From: Candidatus Kapaibacterium sp.
GTDB lineage: Bacteria > Bacteroidota > Ignavibacteria > Kapaibacteriales > UBA2268
Reading direction: 5' to 3'
Assembly: GCA_963665665.1 (NCBI GenBank)
Contig: OY762428.1
Span: 736,001 to 800,000, forward strand
DNA length: 64,000 nt
Of this stretch, positions 49,945 through 58,562 are shown piece by piece; positions within the stretch are counted from its first letter, which is position 1, and each line of letters begins with the position of its first letter. Position numbers and translations under genes: made by a program. Under the pieces are notes generated by a model that was not told where the DNA came from, searched no databases, and saw only the letters and a program-made list of their open reading frames with translations.

Positions 49945-51459
49945 CTATACTTTCATTGTTCCTTTGTTCAGGAAATTAACGTGCCATGCCAAACTCTGTT
50001 CAATATTGTGCGGCGTTTGCTTGCCGGGAGAAGTTGACAATGCACGGCGGTAATATTCTTTAAGCATTGGCTTGTAGTCAGGATGAGCGCAGTTTTCTAT
50101 CACCACCTTTGCTCGTTCGCGCGGTGCCAGTCCTCTCAGGTCGGCAAGCCCCTGCTCGGTAACGATTACATGCACGTCGTGTTCCGTATGGTCCACATGA
50201 GAAACCATTGGCACAATGCAGGAAATATCTCCATTCTTTGCCACAGACGGGGTCATGAAAAATGAAATATATCCGTTCCGGGTAAAATCGCCCGAACCGC
50301 CGATACCATTCTGTATTTTTGTTCCCATTATATGAGTTGAGTTTACGTTCCCGTATATATCGGCTTCAATCATTCCATTCATAGCCAGGCAACCCAGACG
50401 GCGGATAATCTCCGGGTGGTTGGATATTTCCTGAGGCCTCAGGATAATTTTTTTATTGTACTGACTCATATTTTTGTTTACTTCTGTCATCGCTTCCGGC
50501 GACAAAGAAAATGCCGTAGCTGAAGCAACAGTCAGCTTTCCGGATTTCATCATATCAATCATGCCGTCCTGAATAACCTCGGTGAAGGAAGTAAGGTTCT
50601 CGAAAGGGCCTTCGTTCAGGCCGTTAAGAACCGCGTTGGCAATATTACCCACGCCGGATTGCAAAGGAAGCAGATTTTCAGGTATCCTTCCTTTTTTTAC
50701 TTCATGCTCAAGAAATTCCAGGATATATCCGGCAATTTTTTTTGATCCTTCATCCGGCGGGCTGAAAGGGGAATTCCTGTCAGGATCATCTGTTTCTACA
50801 ATTGCAATTATCTTGTCATCGGGTATTTGGAAATAAAGTGAGCCCGGCCTGTCGGTTGGTTTTACAATCGGAATCGGAATTTTGTTAGGAACGCATTGGT
50901 CGCGGTAAATATCGTGCATACCCTCTAATTCTTCATTTTGCCATGAGTTAACTTCCAGGATCACCTTATCGGCGCAATCGATCCAGGTAAGATTATTTCC
51001 AACCGAAGAAGATGGCACAATTGAACCGTCTTCTTTAATTTTTGTTACTTCAATTAATGCTATATCCAATTTCCCAAGAAAGCCGTTCCTTACGAAAGGC
51101 GCTACATGCGACAGGTGAATATCGGTATATTCCATTTCACCGGCGTTAATTTTCTTTCTTGAAACGGGGTCTGACTGATATGGGAGCCTTAAATTCATGC
51201 CGTCCACCATTGCCAGTGCACCATCCAGTTCCGGTGCAGTAGATGCTCCCGTCCATACTCCGATTTTAAAATCCTCACCTCGCAGGCTCGCGTCCATTAT
51301 CCGTTTAGCAAGGGCAAGAGGTACTGCCTTGGGATACCCCGAGCCTGTAAATCCGCTCATCCCTACATTGTCATTTGGCTTAATTAATCCCGCAGCTTCT
51401 TCTGCTGACATAATTTTTCCGTGTAATGATTTCCTTCCGATCCTTGATCTGTCTGCCAT
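49945..51459 (-). CDS. Acetyl-CoA hydrolase / succinate CoA-transferase family protein
   Basis: SGFTGSGYPK, LQSGVGNIANAV, catalytic FTEVIQD, NGIGGSGDF and VTEQGLADLRGL motifs. Confidence 0.93.
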   Translation of the reverse strand: MADRSRIGRKSLHGKIMSAEEAAGLIKPNDNVGMSGFTGSGYPKAVPLALAKRIMDASLRGEDFKIGVWTGASTAPELDGALAMVDGMNLRLPYQSDPVSRKKINAGEMEYTDIHLSHVAPFVRNGFLGKLDIALIEVTKIKEDGSIVPSSSVGNNLTWIDCADKVILEVNSWQNEELEGMHDIYRDQCVPNKIPIPIVKPTDRPGSLYFQIPDDKIIAIVETDDPDRNSPFSPPDEGSKKIAGYILEFLEHEVKKGRIPENLLPLQSGVGNIANAVLNGLNEGPFENLTSFTEVIQDGMIDMMKSGKLTVASATAFSLSPEAMTEVNKNMSQYNKKIILRPQEISNHPEIIRRLGCLAMNGMIEADIYGNVNSTHIMGTKIQNGIGGSGDFTRNGYISFFMTPSVAKNGDISCIVPMVSHVDHTEHDVHVIVTEQGLADLRGLAPRERAKVVIENCAHPDYKPMLKEYYRRALSTSPGKQTPHNIEQSLAWHVNFLNKGTMKV

Positions 51460-52121
51460 TATTTTTACTCTTCATTAATTTTACATTTAACAACTGCTGA
51501 TTTATCAAAGCGGCTTTTTATCTATCCTGTATTACTTTTGCCTTAACTTCAAAAAAAGCCGCATATTTGCCAATATTACAAAGAACTTATCCCAATACAT
51601 AAAAACCTTTTTACCTGAACGAGCAAAATTGATTCAGGCAAATATCCAAGCCAATTAAATATACGAAATAATGGAATAAAATCCTGAATATATCAAATAA
51701 TGTTTTAATATTTAAAGGGCATTTTCAGGGGACTAAATTCTTCAAATCCGATCTCATAAGTTTCATGATTAATCATAAGTTTCATAAAACTTTTAAAAGT
51801 AGTAATAAAGTTGACGGGAAATTATTATAATTGTTAAAGTCAAAACAGGACCGATCAACTACTTTTCAAAAATTTAAACATCTGATCAATGTAGTATTGG
51901 AATATTGGTTATCCCCAAACAGCATAAAAGGAAAGGCATCTAATCCTTATATTTTTCTCTGTTTCGTGGTTTCATACTTAAACCGTTTTTTTAAATCATT
52001 ACACTTCCGAATTGAACTCCCTGCAAACTCTGTTGTATCGCTGATCCGAAAAGTGCTTTATTTATATTCTTTGACACCTCCCGCCCCCTGTGAGAGTAAA
52101 ATTTTGTCAAAAAAGATAATT

Positions 52122-52400
52122 TCGGAAGCATGAGGGAACGCTCGGGAAGCTTGGGGGAACGCTCGGAAGGCATGGGGGAATGCTCGGGAAGCATGGGGTA
52201 TCGCTCGGGAAGCTTGAGGGAACGCTCGGAAGGCATGAGGGAATGCTCTGAAGGCATGGGGGATCGCTCGGGAAGCTTGAGGGAACGCTCGGAAGGCATG
52301 AGGGAATGCTCTGAAGGCATGGAGGAATGCTCGGAAGGCACGAGGGAACGCTCGGGAAGCATGGGGGAACGCTCGGGAAGCATGGGGGATCGCTCGGATC
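52122..52400. repeat. GC-rich tandem array of 13 x 21-bp imperfect units plus a partial unit
   Basis: Consensus is approximately CGG(G/A)A(A/G)GC(A/T)TG(A/G)GGGA(A/T)(C/T)GCT. Units are contiguous with no spacers. Confidence 0.95.
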
Positions 52401-52418
52401 ATTCTTAAAACACATGTA

Positions 52419-52697
52419 TTAGTAATTACTAACTTTGATTTGGTAGCTAAATTTTAAAATTTTTTGTAAAAATTTATCTTTGAGTGCAGCAACCAAGACC
52501 ATGACGGCACAAACCAAGGTAAAAAATTTCACAGAATACAGACCTTTCCCATAACTACCAGCCCGCAAATTCGTGATTGTGAATTTGGGGGATGTGAAAT
52601 TTGATTCTCCAATTTCATTGTAAACAAGATACATCAATAATAATTCCTGTATGATCACTAAACTGCACGCTATTTTTAGTATTATTCTTTTTCCCAT
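52419..52697 (-). CDS. Small hypothetical membrane protein
   Basis: ATG-started 92-aa ORF with two hydrophobic stretches; weak support. Confidence 0.35.
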   Translation of the reverse strand: MGKRIILKIACSLVIIQELLLMYLVYNEIGESNFTSPKFTITNLRAGSYGKGLYSVKFFTLVCAVMVLVAALKDKFLQKILKFSYQIKVSNY

Positions 52698-52799
52698 TTT
52701 ATACTTCTATTCAAGTTTATCTGCATTTTGATCTGAGGGTGATTTGGTTATCGTATATTGATTTAACCCGGATTGCCTGACTGAATAATATTATGAAAT

Positions 52800-53129
52800 T
52801 CATATATGAGACCATGTTAATTGTCCAGACAGTGTCTGGACATCCTGATATTCAAGATAAAATTTCCTCATATTGAAAAGATTGGATCTTGAAAATCCTT
52901 TACCAATTTCAGATGTTAATTGCTTTGATAACTCAAGAATTATTTGTCTTGATGAAACATTATCAATATTGTTGGCCTTTTCATTATCAATAATTATCCT
53001 GCCAATATTCCAGTATGCCATTATTAGTTGACGATTAACATTTACTGAAACAGATTTCCTCGCGGATAAAATGATTTCTTTGATACTGTCTAACAGTACA
53101 TTTTCCTTTTTATATAAATCATTTTTCAT
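52800..53129 (-). pseudogene. DUF1016/YhcG family N-terminal fragment (truncated before the PD-(D/E)xK domain)
   Basis: VN..LI.AYWNIGR, GKGFSRSNLFNMRKFY and QTLSGQLTWSH are DUF1016 N-terminal motifs; a stop follows immediately. Confidence 0.8.
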
Positions 53130-53416
53130 AAACTTTACTAAACAAATTTGGAGTTGTCCGAAAAATTTAGCTTTATCAAAATATTAATATTTTGAAAAGT
53201 AATAATTTTATTTAGTGATTTCTATGTATAAAGCAAATTTACAAAAGAAATAAAATAAAACAAATGAAAACAGAAACCTTGATTCAGGTAGGATTGGAAA
53301 CCTTTCGTTGTTTCAATTAGGTTGAATTGCAATTGCAGTATTTTTACATCATTCTCCCACCTACTAATTTTCCACCCCCAAATCAATAATACACTGCTAA
53401 TTCCGTTCTAAACCCT

Positions 53417-53424
53417 TATATTTG
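53417..53424 (+). promoter_or_regulatory. Putative -7 promoter element
   Basis: TATATTTG (TAnnTTTG), 37 nt upstream of the TldD-like gene. Confidence 0.5.
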
Positions 53425-53461
53425 TAGTTTACAGTAAATTTATAAGATAAACGGATACTAT

Positions 53462-55150
53462 ATGAAAAAATCAGCAGCATTAATGTTATTTATTCTAATA
53501 CTATTTACCGGTTCAGCCATTGGCAAAGCCGACCCGGTACTGAAGGCGGCAAAGGCCGAACTTGATAAATCGATGAAGGTACTTAGCCAGGAAGATACGC
53601 CGCCCTATTTCATTTCCTACGGTATAAGTGATACCAGGAAAATTTCGATTACCTCCTCTTTCGGCAGGATAAAAACTGATAATGATACCCGCAGCAGGAT
53701 TCTTGATATTGATATGCGCGTGGGCGATTACAAGTTTGATAATACGCATATCATTCGCGGCCAGCGCTTTTCTTTCGGCGGAGGGCGCAATTATACTGCT
53801 TTGCCGATAGAAAATGATGAAAAAGCTATTAGGAAATCTATCTGGTTCCTGACCGACCAGCAATACAAAAAAGCTACGGAAACGCTGGAAAAAGCCCGTA
53901 CAAACCAAGCCGTGAAAATTAAAGAAGAGGATACTTCAGCCGACTTCTCGCACGAAAGGGCATATCAATATATCGAAGACAATAAGGAAATGAATATTGA
54001 TATTGATAAATTCAGAAAGCAGCTAAAGGAACTTTCTGCTATTTTTATGCCCTACCAGTGGCTGTATATAGGCGAGCTAAGCTTTTTTGCCGAGATTCAG
54101 ACAAAATACTTCGTCAGCAGCGAGGGAGCCGAGTTGAAATGGCCTGAAAACCGCTTCCGCATTTATGTTAACGTAAAAACCAAAGCAGAAGACGGGATGA
54201 GCCTGCCGCTTTATAAAAGTTATTTCTCATTTACTCCCGACGGGCTGCCTGATTTTGAAATAATAAAAAACGATCTGAAAAAACTTATTTCAACTCTCGA
54301 CCAATTACGAAAAGCCCCCATGCTTGAGGATACATACTCCGGCCCGGCAATTCTGTCGGGTGAAGCTTCGGGCGTTTTCTTCCATGAGATATTCGGCCAC
54401 AGGGTGGAAGGCCACAGGGAAAAAGACCCGAATTCCAGCCAGACCTTTAAAAATTCAGTTGGTAAGAAAATTCTGCCTGATTTCATTGATGTGATAATGG
54501 ATCCGACAATTAAAACTATACGCGGCAGAGAAATATCAGGATTTTATCCCTACGATGATGAAGGGATTGAAGCACAGAAAGTTGTAGTGGCTGATAATGG
54601 TAAGTTCAACAGTTTTCTTATGTCGCGCTCGCCGATCGAGAATTTTGATCATTCCAACGGCCACGGGCGACGCTCGCCGGGCCACAGGGCTGTTTCCCGA
54701 CAGTCTAACCTGATTGTTAATGCTGATGAAACTGTCAGCCGTGAAGAGCTGACAGCCAAACTACGCGAAATGCTGAAAGAAGAAAACAAAGAATGGGGCC
54801 TGTATTTCGAGCAGGTGCAGGGCGGATTCACATTCACCGGTCGCTCGATTCCAAATGCTTTCAACGTAAACCCGCTGCTCGTTTATAAAGTATATGCAGA
54901 CGGCAGGCCTGATGAAATGGTTCGCGGCGTCGATCTGATTGGAACTCCGCTCGCCACTTTTGCCAATATAACTATGGCTGCCGACGACCTTGGTGTGTTC
55001 AACGGTATTTGCGGCGCTGAATCCGGCGGCGTGCCTGTTTCGGCTTGTTCTCCCAGCCTTCTCGTGTCGCTGATTGAGGTGCAGAAAAAAGCAAAATCTC
55101 AGGCAAAGCTCCCTATACTTGATGCTCCGGTTCCCGGGAAAGATCAGTAA
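53462..55150 (+). CDS. TldD/PmbA family metalloprotease (catalytic-type) with signal peptide
   Basis: GVFFHEIFGHRVE zinc motif, YDDEG, SNGHGR, RQSN and CGAESG; hydrophobic N-terminus. Confidence 0.88.
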   Translation: MKKSAALMLFILILFTGSAIGKADPVLKAAKAELDKSMKVLSQEDTPPYFISYGISDTRKISITSSFGRIKTDNDTRSRILDIDMRVGDYKFDNTHIIRGQRFSFGGGRNYTALPIENDEKAIRKSIWFLTDQQYKKATETLEKARTNQAVKIKEEDTSADFSHERAYQYIEDNKEMNIDIDKFRKQLKELSAIFMPYQWLYIGELSFFAEIQTKYFVSSEGAELKWPENRFRIYVNVKTKAEDGMSLPLYKSYFSFTPDGLPDFEIIKNDLKKLISTLDQLRKAPMLEDTYSGPAILSGEASGVFFHEIFGHRVEGHREKDPNSSQTFKNSVGKKILPDFIDVIMDPTIKTIRGREISGFYPYDDEGIEAQKVVVADNGKFNSFLMSRSPIENFDHSNGHGRRSPGHRAVSRQSNLIVNADETVSREELTAKLREMLKEENKEWGLYFEQVQGGFTFTGRSIPNAFNVNPLLVYKVYADGRPDEMVRGVDLIGTPLATFANITMAADDLGVFNGICGAESGGVPVSACSPSLLVSLIEVQKKAKSQAKLPILDAPVPGKDQ

Positions 55151-55230
55151 GGATAAATAGTAAGAAAGAAAAGATAGTAGCTACTCAGAATATGTGATTA
55201 TATTGAAAATTTAATATACATATTAAAACC

Positions 55231-55556
55231 GACCCCTCCCAACCCTCCCCGGAGGGGAGGGCTTAGAGATCAAACTCTTTTTTCGAAGTACTATTTGGGT
55301 TGTCGCTGAAAAAATTAATAGAGAGTATAATATATTTAATAATTCTCTGAGCAGTAACACATAATCAATTTGAAATCAATATTTGGGATCAATATAAAAT
55401 GACAAAGAATAAATTTTTAACAATTAGTAACAGTTTAAATACTGACAATAAATCCGGAAGTATATATAACAGTACAATTTTGCCCCCACTCATACCCTCC
55501 ACGAAGGGAAGGGCTAAAAGGTTTATGCCCCTCCTTCAGAGGGGTTTGGGGAGGTC
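55231..55556. repeat. Three related GC-rich REP-like palindromes (55231-55264, 55485-55515, inverted 55528-55556)
   Basis: GACCCCTCCCAACCCTCCCC-GGA-GGGGAGGGCTT; CCCACTCATACCCTCCACGAAGGGAAGGGCT; the reverse complement of the third is GACCTCCCCAAACCCCTCTGAAGGAGGGG. Confidence 0.7.
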
Positions 55557-57303
55557 GATTACAATTTTTGCGCCCCTGTTTTTAATACTTTTCACGACGG
55601 CTTTGAGCGCTAACGATGATATTATGAATGCCATGCGCGACGAGATAAAACGTTCGATGGACGAATTGAAACTGGAGAACCTGAAAAGGCCTTACTTTGT
55701 TGAATATACGCTATCTGTTACGCATTCCCGACAGATAAAAAGCGAGCTTGGCGCTATCAGCGAAACTGCCGACAACAAATACGCCCAGCTTACTGTTGGC
55801 GTAAGGGTGGGCGATTACAAGTTCGACAATACAAATTTCTTTGATATCGGGCTTAGCTTTTTTGGTAGTGGCGATGACGAAGAAAGATTCAAGAAAAGAA
55901 ATATCCCGATAGAAATTGATTACGATATGCTGCGCCGGGAACTATGGCTTGCAACTGACGCCGCCTACAAGCAAACAGCCGAGATATTCTCGAAAAAGGA
56001 AGCCACTATTAAAAACCGCATGAGAATGGACACTACCCACGACTTTATGCAGGTTCAACCTTCAAAGCATATTGATACTGTCAGTGCTCCGGATTTTGAT
56101 TTTGAAACTTATAAGACAATATGCAACAAGCTTTCTGCTGTTTTCAGGGATTATCCGCAGATTTATCTTTCTGGCGTTGGTATGGAATATATCCCCAAAA
56201 CAATTTACTATGTGAACAGTGAGGGGACCGAATATATAAAATCAGAAATGATGGCCGGGCTGGAAATTGTAGGGATCAGCCAAAGCGACGATGGCATGCC
56301 CTCATCTGATTTCTATACAGCTTATGCCGACAATCCATCAGAATTTCCATCTGAAGACTCACTTATGAGAGCTGCAAAAACAGTTGCAGACAAACTGAGT
56401 AAAATTCTTAAAGCAGATTACCTTTATGAACCTTATTCCGGCCCAATATTATTTGAAGGAAGAGCTGCTGCGGAAATTTTTGCACAGGTATTTGCTCCTA
56501 ATCTTGTAGCGCAAAGGCCTCCGCTCACCGAGAACGGCACGCAGGACGGCGGCAGGTATTCCGCTTTTCAGACAAAGATAGGCGGGCGCGTGCTTCCGGA
56601 ATTCATGAGCATTGAAGCGCTGCCGAACACAAAAGAACTTGAAAGAACAAAGCTGATGGGCTATTATAAAATTGACGACGACGGGATTATGGCAAAGGAT
56701 GTTCCCCTGGTTAAGGACGGCTACCTGAAAAACCTGCTATCAGAGAGGATACCCACAAGGCGAGTGCGCGGAACAAACGGGCATAAGCGGGGCGGTTCAG
56801 CCATGCTAAGCAATATCGTTGTCAGTGCTGATGAGGAACACAGCAAAACGGACGCCGAACTGAAAGAAAGAATGATGCAGCTTTGCAAAGACCGTGAGCT
56901 GCCATACGGGTTGATAGTCCGTAAAGTACTGAACCAGAACCTGATGTTTACAACCTTTTTCCGTATGACGGGTGGCGAGTATCCTACTCCGGTTGGGCAG
57001 AATAAACTTGCCCTGACCGAGCTATATAAAATATATCCCGACGGCCGCGAGGAGATAGTCCGCACATCAGTAGGTAACGGCTTCACAGTGCAGTCTTTCA
57101 AGGATATTATACTTGCAGGCAAGAACCGCTACGCCATGAACTATCTTGCCCCGGCGGTAGTATCGCCATTTGTTACCGGCGGCGACCAGTATGTGGTTTC
57201 ATCACTGGTAACACCGGATATTCTTTTTGAGGACGGCGAGATCAAGCCCTGGGAAGACGATTTCCCCAAACCGCCGCTTATCGGCAGCCCGCTGGAAAAA
57301 TAA
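55399..57303 (+). CDS. TldD/PmbA-related protein (non-catalytic, TldE-like partner)
   Basis: Paralogous to 53462 (RVGDYKFDNT, YSGP, DDDG, TNGH) but lacks HExxxH. True start uncertain; an alternative is the internal MPLLQ. Confidence 0.82.
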   Translation: MTKNKFLTISNSLNTDNKSGSIYNSTILPPLIPSTKGRAKRFMPLLQRGLGRSITIFAPLFLILFTTALSANDDIMNAMRDEIKRSMDELKLENLKRPYFVEYTLSVTHSRQIKSELGAISETADNKYAQLTVGVRVGDYKFDNTNFFDIGLSFFGSGDDEERFKKRNIPIEIDYDMLRRELWLATDAAYKQTAEIFSKKEATIKNRMRMDTTHDFMQVQPSKHIDTVSAPDFDFETYKTICNKLSAVFRDYPQIYLSGVGMEYIPKTIYYVNSEGTEYIKSEMMAGLEIVGISQSDDGMPSSDFYTAYADNPSEFPSEDSLMRAAKTVADKLSKILKADYLYEPYSGPILFEGRAAAEIFAQVFAPNLVAQRPPLTENGTQDGGRYSAFQTKIGGRVLPEFMSIEALPNTKELERTKLMGYYKIDDDGIMAKDVPLVKDGYLKNLLSERIPTRRVRGTNGHKRGGSAMLSNIVVSADEEHSKTDAELKERMMQLCKDRELPYGLIVRKVLNQNLMFTTFFRMTGGEYPTPVGQNKLALTELYKIYPDGREEIVRTSVGNGFTVQSFKDIILAGKNRYAMNYLAPAVVSPFVTGGDQYVVSSLVTPDILFEDGEIKPWEDDFPKPPLIGSPLEK

Positions 57304-57325
57304 AGTAAGCTTTTAATTACATAGT

Positions 57326-57360
57326 TTTTCATCCGATGACTTCAGGTCATCGGATGAAAA
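57326..57360. repeat. REP-like palindrome (copy 2), likely also a bidirectional terminator
   Basis: TTTTCATCCGATGAC-TTCAG-GTCATCGGATGAAAA between convergent genes. Confidence 0.75.
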
Positions 57361-57417
57361 TGTTGAATTATTGAAAAACAATAAAACTATATCTGTTCAG
57401 TAAATGGAAACAGTTAA

Positions 57418-57915
57418 TTATTCCACCCCAATGGATGTATGTATTTGTACAATTTTCCATCCGTCATCTCTTTTTTCCAATACCCCGCTCATTCTAACCC
57501 CTGAGAAACTGTAATGTTCGCTTTCAAAATCAAATTTCCAGTCCAGTAATTCTGAAAACCATGCAGTATATCCTTTCGGGCTTAATTTTATGGCCTGGTT
57601 GCTCACGGTGATTTCAGTATTTTGTGTCTGCCCGTTTTGTGCCTCCATTAATTGTTTCAATGCCTCCCAGCCAACAACGCGCTCATCAGCATCTGTTCCG
57701 AAAGCAATAATATCATCGTCGTGGGCATAAATTTGCGACAGCATATCCATATCCTCGGTTTCTATCTGAGTTACAAGATTATCAACAACTATCTGAACTT
57801 TGGCTTTTTCAGCAACAAGATCAACATCATCATCGCAGTCAGAATCAACATTAGATGAACAGGCAGCAAAAGCTATCATAGGTGAAGCGAGTAAAAACGA
57901 CAGCAGTGATTTCAT
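57418..57915 (-). CDS. NTF2/SnoaL-like lipoprotein
   Basis: Lipobox FAAC and the RMSGVLEKRDDGWKIVQIHTS C-terminal NTF2-like pattern. Confidence 0.8.
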   Translation of the reverse strand: MKSLLSFLLASPMIAFAACSSNVDSDCDDDVDLVAEKAKVQIVVDNLVTQIETEDMDMLSQIYAHDDDIIAFGTDADERVVGWEALKQLMEAQNGQTQNTEITVSNQAIKLSPKGYTAWFSELLDWKFDFESEHYSFSGVRMSGVLEKRDDGWKIVQIHTSIGVE

Positions 57916-57964
57916 TGGATATCTCCATTAATTTGAAAAAAGAGGTGTATTGAATCCGGTTTAC

Positions 57965-58510
57965 TTACTTTCCTGCCATTTTATGCCCAATCAAGCCAAG
58001 AATTAGCCAGGGAACTACCGCATCGGCAAGATAAGCAAAAATTCCGGGTTCCTTGTACCATATAAATTCAGTATATGGCAGGAATAAAAATGCTATTAGC
58101 CCTATAAATACTGAAGTCAATACACGGTTCTTAAGATTGGGTTCTTTTTGTTGCAGGAATATCCAAAACAGAAACCATGCAATAACAATATCAACAAGCA
58201 GGCTGCGGATCATAGGCATTGCCATGTTCATATCCATTTTATGCCTGTAATTAAGCGTTGCCCATGGTTTATCCATGTACTTCTTATCCCATTCTTTTTG
58301 AATTTCATCCTGAGAAAGAGAAGGGTCGGGCTGGCCTAAATGATACATTCCTTCATCAAGGTTTATTGCTTCAAGTTTTTGCAATATTTCATCCTGGTAC
58401 GGAGTGTATTGGCTTGAAGCAGAATGAAAATTCGGAAAAGCATGGGCAAGAAACTGCCAGACAAAAATTACAACAGCGCCAATCAAAGAAAATAATATAT
58501 GTTTCTTCAT
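57965..58510 (-). CDS. Hypothetical membrane protein (about 4 TM)
   Basis: Four hydrophobic segments with a soluble loop. Confidence 0.75.
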   Translation of the reverse strand: MKKHILFSLIGAVVIFVWQFLAHAFPNFHSASSQYTPYQDEILQKLEAINLDEGMYHLGQPDPSLSQDEIQKEWDKKYMDKPWATLNYRHKMDMNMAMPMIRSLLVDIVIAWFLFWIFLQQKEPNLKNRVLTSVFIGLIAFLFLPYTEFIWYKEPGIFAYLADAVVPWLILGLIGHKMAGK

Positions 58511-58562
58511 TTCTATCCTTTAAATTGGTAATAAAATTATTATATATTGTAACAAAACAGGT

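Noticed and set aside
52122-52400. CRISPR array interpretation of the 21-bp repeats
   Set aside because: Units are contiguous with no unique spacers, and there are no cas genes in the window.
51991-52415. Four overlapping ORFs across the tandem array annotated as genes
   Set aside because: The open frames are largely a by-product of a GC-rich 21-bp repeat, and no frame can be favoured from sequence alone.
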